DNA of 64,000 nt, taken from positions 85,684,001 to 85,748,000 of the forward strand of contig OZ024746.1 of assembly GCA_964016885.1 (NCBI GenBank), written 5' to 3'. The number at the start of each line of letters is the position of its first letter. Within the stretch, counting starts at the first letter, position 1. The translations under genes and the position numbers were made by a program. The notes beneath the pieces are model-generated. The model did not search any database. It was not told the origin of the DNA and saw nothing but the letters and a program-made list of their open reading frames with translations. Below, piece by piece: positions 28,489 through 40,975 of the stretch. Source of the stretch: Eledone cirrhosa (lineage: Eukaryota).

Positions 28489-28648
28489 AGAATACTTACA
28501 GACGAAAGATTTCAGCATGAGATTGAAACCTTTTCATTATACAAATGTACACACGCACGAGCACACACACACATGGACTCATATCAGCCATATATATATA
28601 TATGTGTGTGTGGGGGGGATATGAGAGCATGTGAGTGCGCACGTGTGT

Positions 28649-28716
<68 letters not shown>

Positions 28717-28925
28717 TATATAGGAACCAGTAAGACCCCGACGGCTGAGCTCAAGCCGTTTCGACGGCTAATTCTGGACTAAAATTTTAGTCCAGAATTA
28801 GCCGTCGAAACGGCTTGAGCTCAGCCGTCGGGGTCTTACTGGTTCCTATTACCCACTCTACTACCTCAAGTATTGAGTACTTTGGTGCGTTATGGTCCAC
28901 CTGGTTCCTTACCACATTTCCTTCG

Positions 28926-28985
<60 letters not shown>

Positions 28986-29016
28986 GGGATATGAGAGCAT
29001 GTGTGTGCGCACGTGT

Positions 29017-29063
<47 letters not shown>

Positions 29064-29256
29064 AATAAGAATACTTACAGACGAAAGATTTCAGCATGAG
29101 ATTAAAACCTTTTCATTATACAAATGTACACACACACGAGCACACACACACATGGACTCATATCCCCCCATATATATATATATGTGTGTGGGGGGGGGGA
29201 TATGAGAGCATGTGTGTGCGCACGTGTGTACACACACACACGCATATATATATATA

Positions 29257-29290
<34 letters not shown>
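28489..29290. repeat. Local direct duplication (28489-28700 and 29068-29290), each copy containing a small inverted repeat
   Basis: AGAATACTTACAGACGAAAGATTTCAGCATGAGATT occurs twice; GGGGATATGAGAGCATGTG occurs three times. Confidence 0.9.
28721..28929 (+). mobile_element. Fold-back element family A, copy 2 (perfect spacerless palindrome plus tail)
   Basis: 28721-28784 is the exact reverse complement of 28785-28848; tail ends in (TA)n. Confidence 0.95.
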
Positions 29291-29294
<4 letters not shown>

Positions 29295-29441
29295 TTGTTT
29301 CTACTTTAGGCACAAGGCCAGCAATTAATCAGTGCATTACTGGTACTTTATTTTATCGACCTCGTAAGGATGAATAAAATAAAGTACCAGTAATGCACTG
29401 GGTAATTGCTGGCCTTGTGCCTAAAGTAGAAATAATTATTT
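29289..29441. mobile_element. Inverted pair of SINE 3' ends forming a hairpin
   Basis: 29289-29356 vs 29374-29441 inverted. Confidence 0.9.
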
Positions 29442-29452
29442 ATATATATATA

Positions 29453-29476
29453 TAATACCAGCAATCTTCGTTAATT

Positions 29477-29537
<61 letters not shown>

Positions 29538-29606
29538 GCGTGTGTGTGTGTGTGTGTGACTGTGTGTGTGTGTATTATAAAATGAATGAAGTTCGCTGGT
29601 ATTATT

Positions 29607-29684
<78 letters not shown>

Positions 29685-29753
29685 GCGTGTGTGTGTGTGT
29701 GTGTGTGACTGTGTGTGTGTGTATTATAAAATGAATGAAGTTCGCTGGTATTA
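29453..29753. mobile_element. Imperfect 32-bp inverted repeats enclosing only microsatellite; right half tandemly duplicated
   Basis: TAATACCAGCAATCTTCGTTAATTTTATAATA vs TATTATAAAATGAATGAAGTTCGCTGGTATTA (29573-29604 and 29722-29753). Confidence 0.75.
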
Positions 29754-29755
29754 TT

Positions 29756-29870
<115 letters not shown>

Positions 29871-30210
29871 CATCTAAGTCAATAGGAAGCAATGGTAGAC
29901 GGATCGAATATGACTGGGGTCATAATAAATATGGGCACAATAAAAGTGACCTCGATGAAAAAAGAAAATGGAAAAAAAGATACCCTTGTTATTTTCTGAT
30001 GCTGGAGAAGATCCAAATTTAGCCATTTGAGACGTTGCGCATTAAAATTAGCCGCAGAATCGGTATTTTGTTGCACCAATGCAATGAGATCGTTAATGGA
30101 GGGGGTTTACTTGTTGAGATGCTAAAGACAGAGTAGCATCAACAATAACAACAGTAACGCCAAAGTCACCAAAGATAAACAATAGCAATAACACTAACAC
30201 ACACGCACAC

Positions 30211-31050
<840 letters not shown>

Positions 31051-31361
31051 GCACAAATGCATGTATATACACACACGCTTGGTTTACATACAGTGTACAT
31101 AGTATGAATGGCTGGCCGTTTAAAGTAATAAGAAAGTAGACGACTGAAATAGTCGATATTGTAGATTTCTTCTGTTTGTCTTATATAAAAAGATGTGGTC
31201 ACTTTGATAGAGTGAATGGGAAAGATATGTTACACACACACATACTCCTATATGGCTGTGTGTGTGTGTGTAATGTATGTATGTACGTATGTATGTATGT
31301 ACTTATGTATGTATGTACGTATGTATGTATGTATGTACGCGTGTGTGTGTGTGTATATGTG

Positions 31362-31402
<41 letters not shown>

Positions 31403-31599
31403 TTTTCTTTTTATTTATTTATTATTATTATTATTATTATTTTTTTTTTTTTTTTTTTTCTCGTGCAATGGCCATACTCGATAACGAGGGGGCAGCCATC
31501 ATGTACGTATGTATGTACGTATGTAGGTATCTTTGTATATATGTATGTATGTACGTATGTATCTTTGTTTGTATGTATGTATGTATGTATGTATGTATG

Positions 31600-31629
<30 letters not shown>

Positions 31630-31631
<2 letters not shown>

Positions 31632-32080
31632 GGAGCTCTTAAGAGGCAATGGCCATCCAAAATCACCGGGAGAGATGACCCCTTAGCCTTTGTCAAGGCA
31701 GAATTCTAGGAAAAGGAAAACTCTGATATAACACCTGCAACCCTGATGGTATCCAATGATGTTGACTTGTTCTTCTTTTTGGTAAATATCATCTTGGTTA
31801 AGAGAGTGGGACTGGCTTTGTGCAGTGCCTGTGCTCACTATAAAAGCTTCACGGCACAGGCATTGATTTATATCTGAAGATCTCTCTGCACTTGTCGTCA
31901 CATGGTACCATGGGCCCAGCACTATGTGTCAATAATTGTCACAAGTGTAGTGTTTGTACCAGAGTTTTCAAGTCGTTGGCTGGACTAAAAAGTCACACTC
32001 GTTCAGCGCATCGCTAGGAGTTCTCCTACATGGATATAAAGTAGTGGCCGTACTCGGAAACGAGTTGGCAGCCACCACCA
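31630..32080 (+). mobile_element. Short RTE-like LINE derivative ending in a C2H2 zinc-finger remnant and (ATGT)n tail
   Basis: HKCSVCTRVFKSLAGLKSHTRSAHR* at about 31940-32016; 3' end TGGCC.TACTCG..AACGAG..GGCAGCCA also at 31468-31500. Confidence 0.65.
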
Positions 32081-32216
32081 TGTATGTATGTACGTATGTA
32101 TTATGTATGCACGTATGTATGTATGCATGTATGTATGCATGTATGTACGTATATTTGTATGTATGTATGTATGTATGTATGTATGTGTATTTTTATATAT
32201 GATGTATGTGTGTGTG

Positions 32217-32298
<82 letters not shown>

Positions 32299-32669
32299 CA
32301 AATATAATAGCCATAAAGAAAAAAAATAGGAGCAGAAATTGCGTTTATTGATATAATATTGCGAGTGCATGGAGAACATTTGATAATACGCATGGAAGAT
32401 GGCGTAAATAAAATATAAAATTAAAGTTATGTGAAGCGGGATGGTGGTAATAAAGAGCTGAAAAGGAATATTTTTAAGGGTAATTTTTCTGTTATAAAAC
32501 AATAAACATCAAACGGTTTTCGACATTTTCTAAATGTGAACTTATAATAGGATATTAAATACTTAGGATCGAATTTACAAACTGATCAAAGCTCAAATTT
32601 TTAATTCAGAGCTTCAAGATTTAGGACAAGATAAGCAGTTTGTAAGTTAAGTACAATTTCCTCTCTCTC

Positions 32670-32800
32670 ACTTTCTCTCTTTCTCTGGAAGAAATATGCT
32701 GTACTCAGGCCTGGAGAGGATCGACTCCGCCAGGCTTCAAATGCCCAAGAAACGCCAAGAAACGACTCTATGGGGAGTTACGGAACCATACATACATACA
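32670..32800 (+). mobile_element. Short interspersed repeat family E with (TACA)n tail
   Basis: GCCAGGCTTCAAATGCCCAAGAAACGCC..GAGTTACGG..CCATACA; inverted homolog at 53402-53550. Confidence 0.75.
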
Positions 32801-32982
32801 AGTCAAATACAAATAAGCACTCAGTTTGACAAGAAAATTTCTATATCTGTATGATGTCGCAAATTCTAGCACATCCACACGATCCCAAATCTATAGAAAA
32901 TATTCTATTTTTTACTTTTTAATTTCCCTCCTTAAAACCCCCTTACTCCTACTCGGAGTTCCTGTTCCCAGCATATCCGAAC

Positions 32983-33018
32983 TTTCCTGATGAAGGATTT
33001 CTGTCTGAAACGTTGAAA
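32983..33018 (+). ncRNA. Minimal type-I hammerhead ribozyme motif
   Basis: TTTC-CTGATGA-AGGA-tttctg-TCT-GAAA-CG-TT-GAAA; 4-bp stem I, palindromic AACGTT stem III; lies about 80 nt before (TA)n. Confidence 0.7.
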
Positions 33019-33094
33019 CCTCCCCCACTTCCACCAAGCGTGCACCTAATATAACTGTGTACAAATGCCTTCTGCGTTTTGTTCGTTAATTTTC

Positions 33095-33154
<60 letters not shown>

Positions 33155-33158
<4 letters not shown>

Positions 33159-33288
33159 ATGTTCAAGACGCCGACTCGAGCTCTGCCTTCGGCGTCTTGA
33201 ACATTTTCCTATTACCCACTCTACTACCCTAAGTATTGAGTACTCTGGTGCGTTATGGTCCACCTGGTTCCTTACCACACTTCCTTCG

Positions 33289-33291
<3 letters not shown>
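33155..33291 (+). mobile_element. Fold-back element family A, copy 3
   Basis: Perfect 20-bp arms 33155-33174 / 33189-33208 plus the same tail. Confidence 0.9.
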
Positions 33292-33331
<40 letters not shown>

Positions 33332-33352
33332 CAGATATATACAGATATATAT

Positions 33353-33420
<68 letters not shown>

Positions 33421-33423
<3 letters not shown>

Positions 33424-34032
33424 GTCCAGAAATAGCCGTCGAAACGGCTTGAGCTCTGCCGTCGGGGTCATACTTTTTCCTATTTCCCACTCTACTTTAC
33501 TCACTCCAACGTCGCCGTGAGCGTTATATTATCTGCATGATGTGGAAAATGTTCCATCATCACTGCCCAAATGATGTTGGCATCGCCTTCAAGATACACC
33601 CAAGGCTTGGGCCCCGTGCTATCCGTCCCATTCAAAAATCTAAATCGCAACTCATAACAACAATACGGCACAATTATTTCACCTCAATCGGCCCTGCTCT
33701 CTTCAACACCACACCAGGACACGTCAAAACAGAAACTGACCACACAAAATTCAAGAAGTCTTTGGACAAATTCCTCCAAGTAATCCCGGACAAACCACCC
33801 ACACCCGGATATGTCTCCGCAAACAGTAATTCTCTTCTCGAATGGGCCATGGTGCCCAAATCCTGAATTGAAAGACTTCGCCAGGTGGTGCTATTAAGTT
33901 AGACATGGCCTGGGCCAATACTGGCCAAAACATTTCAAAGTTATTCAAAGTTATTCAAAGTTACTACCCTAAGTATTGAGTACTCTGGTGCGTTATGGTC
34001 CATCTGGTTCCTTACCACAATTCCCTTGTTAT
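33421..34032 (+). mobile_element. Family A copy 4, split by a CR1-type insertion
   Basis: 33421-33496 continues at 33962-34032 (CCCACTCTACT | TACTACCCTAAG). Confidence 0.88.
33497..33962 (+). mobile_element. 5'-truncated CR1-group LINE (ORF2 C-terminus, 3'UTR, (TTCAAAGTTA)n tail)
   Basis: YSLQRRRERYIICMMWK...IGPALFNTTP...FKKSLDKFLQVIPDKPPTPGY..NSL, with no stops. Confidence 0.88.
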
Positions 34033-34048
34033 ACATATATATATACAT

Positions 34049-34085
<37 letters not shown>

Positions 34086-34088
34086 GAT

Positions 34089-34127
<39 letters not shown>

Positions 34128-34153
34128 CTTATATATACACGCACACACACACG

Positions 34154-34183
<30 letters not shown>

Positions 34184-34185
<2 letters not shown>

Positions 34186-34230
34186 ACGGAGGAAATGTGG
34201 TAAGGAATCAGGTGGACCTACTCGTTCCTA
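34184..34230 (-). mobile_element. Family A copy 5 (internally deleted, both termini kept)
   Basis: TAACGGAGGAAATGTGGTAAGGAATCAGGTGGACC joined to GTTCCTATA. Confidence 0.8.
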
Positions 34231-34249
34231 TATATATATATATATATAT

Positions 34250-34567
34250 GCAAAAGTTCTATTTAAAGTTGTTGGGCTACAACAAGTAAATATTTTTATA
34301 ATTGATATAAAGCACTCGACAAATTTTTGGAGTAGATATACGATATTAATAAATGGAAACTATATTTATATAAACAAATCACTATCCAGACAGCCTCCAA
34401 AAGTAATGGTTGTATTTTAAAAGGGTACGTCAAAGCTATTTGTAAAACTGTTATATATTGTATTTTGTCTGATGAAGGCATACCATAATTTAATGTGGTA
34501 TCCCTGAAATATGTATAATGAAATAAATATGGTTTTATAAATATAGTTTCCATTTATTAATATCGTA
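34250..34567. mobile_element. Penelope-like family B, inverted (fold-back) copy
   Basis: 34250-34372 matches 14203-14330 directly; 34390-34567 matches the reverse complement of 14300-14470. Confidence 0.8.
34455..34530 (+). ncRNA. Type-I hammerhead ribozyme motif
   Basis: TATTTTGT-CTGATGA-AGGCATACCATA-atttaa-TGTGGTATCCCT-GAAA-TATGTATA-ATGAAATA. Confidence 0.82.
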
Positions 34568-34929
34568 TATATATATATATATATATATATATGAGTGCGT
34601 GTATGTATAAATACAATACACAGTATATATTGTGGGTATTATATATGTATGTACCTTTCTTTAAAAGAGACACACACAATGGCCTATATCTCCGAGGGAG
34701 GGGTAACAGACATGCTCTGATACTCATACCTTTTCTAGAAAGTCGTTTTGAAATCGTTTTGTCGATTCTATTAGGCCTCAATTTAGCTCATGCCCTATAT
34801 ATTGAAATGGGTGTGGTGGCGTTATTATGTGTACACGTGTGTGTATGTGTGCATGCGTGTATACATTTAAGCCTGTTAGAAGAATAGATAGAATTAATGA
34901 ATACAACACACACACACACACACACATAT

Positions 34930-34943
34930 ATATATTTATCGAC

Positions 34944-35010
<67 letters not shown>

Positions 35011-35045
35011 ATATTTATTCATATACATATAAACACACATACGTG

Positions 35046-35092
<47 letters not shown>

Positions 35093-35100
35093 TTATCAAC

Positions 35101-35197
<97 letters not shown>

Positions 35198-35235
35198 ATA
35201 TATATTCATATACATATAAACACACATACGTGCAT

Positions 35236-35275
<40 letters not shown>
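34930..35275. repeat. Tandem duplication of a compound microsatellite unit
   Basis: TTTATC.ACCTCTCTC..ATTCATATACATATAAACACACATACGTGCATAC occurs twice. Confidence 0.85.
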
Positions 35276-35276
<1 letters not shown>

Positions 35277-35279
35277 AGA

Positions 35280-35548
35280 GTGGAGGCACGTGGCCTAGTG
35301 GTATGAGTGTGGGAGCCCACGACATTCGTGGGTTGCGTGTTGTGTTCTTGAGCAAAACACTTTATTTCACGTTGCTCCAGTATACTCAGCTGAAAATGAG
35401 TACCAGCAATAGCTGGAGGTTTAACTCTGCGATGGACTGGCGTCCTGTCCAGGGGGGAAGTCTTGTACTCTCAGTCGCTTCACGCCATGAAACCGGGATA
35501 AGCACCGGCCAAATGAGCCTTCTGGCTCAAGACAGACTTTAGACTTTT
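35280..35548 (+). mobile_element. tRNA-derived SINE (third family) with a V-domain-like motif
   Basis: TGGCCTAGTGGT head; CTGCGATGGACTGGCGTCCTGTCCAGGG; 3' part repeated at about 47195-47265. Confidence 0.8.
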
Positions 35549-35566
35549 TAGATGCACATGTAAGTA

Positions 35567-35601
<35 letters not shown>

Positions 35602-36307
35602 GTGTATATACATATGTAAGTATGTGTGTGTATGTAGAAGCTAAAAATAACCTCTTACGCTTTATTTTTTCTTTCATATTTAAATAACTAATATTTCTTG
35701 CAGCTTTTACAATATTGTAATTGGCTGAATCTTACCCCAACTATTTCATCATTATTGATAAATAGACTATTAACCTAGGCCTGCCCCATCAACAAAACTT
35801 CCTTCTCTCTTTATATATATCTATCCTCCATCTCTTGGGCTCCTGCTAACTTAATTATAAGACAACGAATCAATTTCTTTTTTATTTTACTTTATTTTTC
35901 TGCCCACTTTATTTTTATTTTTACATTTCTTTTTTTTAACTGTTATTGACTTAGTTTCTTTCATATGTTAACTCTCATGTTCCCATTACTGTAACTTCGC
36001 ATAGAAAGTTATTCCTAATAGATTAAACCCATGCTCATGCAAGCTAAATATAGCCTGTATGTGGTTGCTGAACTTGTTAGGACCAGAAACCAAATCTTCC
36101 TCAAAACAATCAACATGTTTTGGTCTAAAATAGAAAAAAAAAATTTTTTTTAAATCTTTTAAAAATTAATAAATAAAGCGCATTGGGTAAAATGATTGAG
36201 TGTTCTTGGCTTAGATATCAGAGCTGACCTTGGGTTTCTTCAAGTTAAAGATTGTATTTTTAGATTCTTAGAGTCATCACGTCAATTTTTTTTAATCATT
36301 AAAAGAC

Positions 36308-36780
36308 ACTAGCTGAAAAACCACCCTTCGGGTGGTTTTCTGCTAGCACGTGTAGTGTGTATATTGATATTATACGCAAGTATATATACATGTAGATATG
36401 ATACATCAAATAAAATCGTAATTGACAATATACATAGAAATTGAGCGAAGACTGTGTTACACTGTCTTATGTAATCAGTAACGTAATCCATGATACATTA
36501 AAAAAAAAGACGATATTATATATAAACTGCATTAGGAGAAAATTAATATGTTTATTTAAGCGATCGCCACCGGAAGTGTTCACATTTGAAAATTTTAAAG
36601 AAGTGAATCTTTAAATAAATAATAAAATATATTTAATGAACAGCCACGAAATTTAGTAGATAAATTATGTAATATTCATTCATTATTTATTCAAAGTAAT
36701 CCAACTTATTTTACTAATGGGATAAAAAATTATAAACCGTACGCAGTCCCGCGCTTCTTATTTTATTATAGTTTAGATTT
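36308..36780 (+). mobile_element. Helentron/HINE-like non-autonomous element
   Basis: Starts ACTAGC with hairpin CTAGC.GAAAAACCACCC-TTCG-GGTGGTTTTC.GCTAG; ends CTTATTTTATTATAGTTTAGAT. Confidence 0.5.
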
Positions 36781-37772
36781 ATTAGATAAAGCGTAAAACA
36801 AAACTGTAAAAAAAAAAAATTAGTTCAAAAATGTCTTGCGTGAAACATCAGAATTGGCGGACAGAATTGCAAATGTGTTACTCCAGGGGATAGCCTGGGG
36901 GCTAAACAGTAACATAAAAAACAACCTGTGTATAGACGATTTGTATTCAGGAACCTATGTGATAATTCTACTGACTGATTCCGTCATTGAGACAACAGAG
37001 ACCAAATAGTTTGTAGCATGAAACTGCTCCATTCCGTCTTTAATATATATATATATATTTTTGTTATAGTTGAGTCAGGGGAAGGACTGTAAATACGAGC
37101 ATTTGCATGATTAGAAACCACGATTCAAGGTTTGCTGTAGGACATCAACGTATCGAATTATACTGAAGCCGGAGATCTGCAGTGGAGTTTAAAATAACTC
37201 CGCTGAGGGCATGCAGGACCTAGTTGATGGTGTTAAATCGGGCAACCAACGACTCGCTAGCTCAGTATACTTAGCTATATAAAGGTATCACACCACTTAG
37301 AAGACCAACACATTTTTTATAATGGTAATTACACTATTTAATTTTTTAAAGGTTTGTGACAATTTTGAGTCCTGTAGGGCTTAAGTCATAATACAAACAT
37401 GTACACGTTCGACAATATTGATTTCTAACAAAGGCACAAGGTCTCAAATTTCCACAATGAATACTGTCGATTAGGATCTATCTCAGTCCCTGATTTGTAA
37501 TTTATTTTATGAACAAAAGAAGGATGACAGACAAGACTGACCGTAGAGGGATTCAAAACCAGTATATAAAGAGTCGTAGCTAGACACTACGAAGAATTTT
37601 GTCTGCTGATCCACTGATTCTCCAAATACTCGACATGTAATGGAAGTGACAGCTAACTTTTCATGCTCTATCTTTATTTTGAAGTTGACGTGACTTTGTT
37701 ATCAATGACGTAAAAAACTGGTTAAATCTTGATCATTGATGATTTCTTTTTCATTCATTTTTCATTCAACCA

Positions 37773-38010
37773 TGATATTCCAATGTAAAAAATGTTATGG
37801 AGACAAAAGTGAATGGAATAGTGTTTATTTCTTTAATATTATTCGTATTAATAATTATATTATTTACGTCATTAACGAAAATCTTTCCATTCAGCCCTGA
37901 TATTCCAATGTAAGAAAATATCGAAGTTATGGAGAGAAAAATTGAATGAAATAGTATCTATTTTTATTATTAATTGTATTAATAATTACAATATTTACGT
38001 CATTAACAAA
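37773..38010. repeat. Diverged tandem duplication (about 125-bp unit, 2 copies)
   Basis: TGATATTCCAATGTAA..GTTATGGAGA..TATTTACGTCATTAAC occurs twice. Confidence 0.85.
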
Positions 38011-38084
38011 AGTCTAGTTTGTTAAAAAATGACAAACTGATAAAAAAAACGACGATTACAAGTACTCCACCTGTGACTTCTTTT

Positions 38085-38412
38085 TAAAGACTACCTTCGG
38101 TCACGAATGACCATGGGATTTGCACCAAGAAAGTTTCCCTCCAAGCCACAAGTCCGGGCAAGGTTGTGGAAGACCAGCAGTCGCCCATGCCAGCCTCCCC
38201 TCTCCCTGCCACCGATGATGTCCAAGCGATAAGCAATGGTCGATACACCTTGACACCAGTGACATCGCAGCTCATTTCTACCGCTGAGTAAATTGGAAAA
38301 CGTGAAATAAAGTGTCTTGCTCAAGGACACAATGCATCACCCGGTCCGAGAATCGAACTCACAACCTACCGATTGCAAGCCCCAATTCTCTACCCACTAA
38401 GCCATGCGCCTT
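38085..38412 (-). mobile_element. tRNA-derived SINE sharing its head with the 35280 family, different tail
   Basis: Minus strand GGCGCATGGCTTAGTGG..GAGTTCGATTCTC..TTGAGCAAGACACTTTATTTCACG. Confidence 0.82.
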
Positions 38413-38704
38413 TAACTATTTGTTAGAAACAGCAACCAATTCTATGCTCTCTGTTATGGGAATTTGCCGCTGCATTCACTGTCCGCTTCCCTCTATATAA
38501 GATAGTTGAATGGGATCTGAGAGTGATTTGACTGCTGTTTTTATCAGAACGAGTAGTTACATGGAAGCTCCTTTGCTTCTTATTGATTTATTAGAAGTCA
38601 CCAGTGTGGAAAAATGAAAATTCGTGAGTACAAACAAGAATTTCGCAAAGAAATCAATATAACTTTCAATTCATTTTTAATTGTCAATACTGGTAAAGAC
38701 TATA

Positions 38705-38745
38705 CCTGTCTGAGGAGGTCTAATGTGATTGAAACATGCATGAAG
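38705..38745 (+). ncRNA. Degenerate hammerhead-like motif
   Basis: CTGAGGA-GGTC-taatgt-GATT-GAAA-CATGCA; G-U-rich stem II, cleavage triplet altered. Confidence 0.4.
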
Positions 38746-39413
38746 TTGTCAGCGTAATACCGAGATCACACTGACTCCCCGCTGCAGTTCATATATTTTG
38801 TTTATAATTAATTTTAATTAAGACTTCAATGTTGTCTCCCGTTCTTTTCTTGGCGATAATTGATCATGAAGTTAATCATTCTTTCCTCACACCATGGGTG
38901 TAATTTTAATTGATTAAAATTTCTTGGCTCACCATACTAAATATTTTACCACCAATCTTATCATATCGTGTAATGAAACTAAAACTAAAACACTACAATG
39001 TATTTATTTAGTTATACACTCCAACTGCTTTGCAATTTCTTGCATAATCACAAGTTATTTGTTTATATCATATATTTTTTTAATAGTGGGGTGTGGCAAG
39101 ACATGTAAACTGTATGACGTCCATATTCTTCTGAAAAGCATTTGTGACGTAATTACGAGAGGCATAAAAACTAAATCATGAACACGACTCGCTATGAAGG
39201 TGTCTCTGTATTGCAATACGCTGCGACAACTTTTCTTTTTCATTTTTCATTGTTCAGACTTCTTCGTATTTGACAATCAATAACACAATTTCCAAAGAAA
39301 ATACTATTAGAAAAATACATACTGCTTACCAATGTGTTTAGAGTTATAAATTTAAGAGAGAGGGAAAAAATATCCCGTGAATTAGTTATCTTTTACTGCT
39401 ATTAAACGCCTTC

Positions 39414-39514
<101 letters not shown>

Positions 39515-39969
39515 ACACATGTATGCACGTATGTACGCACTAGTTGGAAAAATGAACTTGTACGCCCGCGTAATTGAACATTATTGATTTCTGTTGACAA
39601 GACACAATGTCTCAGATATAAAAGGGCGTGGGTGGGGTGTTAAAGAAGGTGTCATGTCGTTGGTAGCCTCAAAAACAATGGCAGGGTGAATGCTATTAAT
39701 TGAATACAACCGAAAATAGAAATCGTATCGCAGACTCGGGTTGTTGGAGTTAATACTGAAATATGTTTCATGTTAAATCTTATTTAATTGGCAAAAGAGT
39801 AAAAGTAAAATACGAAAGAACAAAAAAAAAGGAAAGAGACCGATCGTCAAATCAGACCAATGAAACTATGTTTCCATTTGGTCTTTCCATTGCTGATACT
39901 ATCTACTAGTCGCAATGTCTGGCAGCGACGGATTAAGACTAGTACGCAAGTACAGGTAAAGACCATCAT

Positions 39970-40130
39970 ACAGGCTTCCACATAGATTCTGTCCACCAAA
40001 TTTTACTAACACGTTTTTGGTCGACCCGAATCTATGACATAAGACAATTTATAAAAGGTGCCGCATAGCGGGGTGGAACCCCAAACCAAGTAGTTACGAA
40101 GCGAAGTTCTTAACCACACAGCCATGCCTG
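39970..40130 (-). mobile_element. tRNA-derived SINE (second family)
   Basis: Minus strand GGCATGGCTGTGTGGTTAAGAACTTCGCTT..GGTTCCACCCC. Confidence 0.8.
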
Positions 40131-40271
40131 TACTCATCACTGTTCATCCATTCTATCATTTCAAAGCCATCTTAATAATATACAACATTCAATGCGATTG
40201 ATTTTTATGTGGCTCTCATATCCTTTACGGCATTAACAATGTTTGATTCTATGTGACGTAACACATTCATA

Positions 40272-40465
40272 ATAATTGTTTCTACTTTTGGCACAAGGCC
40301 AGCAATTATTCCAGTGTATTACTGGTACTTTATTTTATCGACCCCGTAAGGATGAAAGGCAAAGTTAACCTCGGCGGGATTTGAACTCAGACCATAAATG
40401 GCCGTAACTCTTTGCTGGAAAGCATGGCGTCCGACCCTCTACTGATACTGCCAATCTACCGCCCT
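40272..40465 (-). mobile_element. Full-length SINE, main family short variant
   Basis: A/B boxes, core and (TTA)n tail; similar copies at 41258-41426 and 60860-61581. Confidence 0.9.
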
Positions 40466-40790
40466 AACACAGTAATAATAATAACACCTGAACTATCCAG
40501 TATAATAGTCGCCTGGTTTCTTTTTATCTTGTTCCCGATGCGTCTAATTTATTAGTTTTCGACTCCTAAGGCTGGGAACTTCAGTAGATAAAGACTTGAA
40601 AAATTCCAATTTTGTTAAATCAATTGAGATTAATTTGGTACAGGCGTTTTAAGCGAGATGAATTTTCCTGATTGGGTTCTATCGATCAGTCCCGTCTGGA
40701 GACAGTTTAGATATTGATCGACTATTTAGATAAGATATGATGGGATATTTTTTTTCTGGTGAAATATATATGTATATATGTAAATATATA

Positions 40791-40975
<185 letters not shown>

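Noticed and set aside
33537-33866. Host gene (109-aa ORF)
   Set aside because: It is the C-terminus of a CR1-type LINE ORF2 with a tandem tail, nested in another repeat
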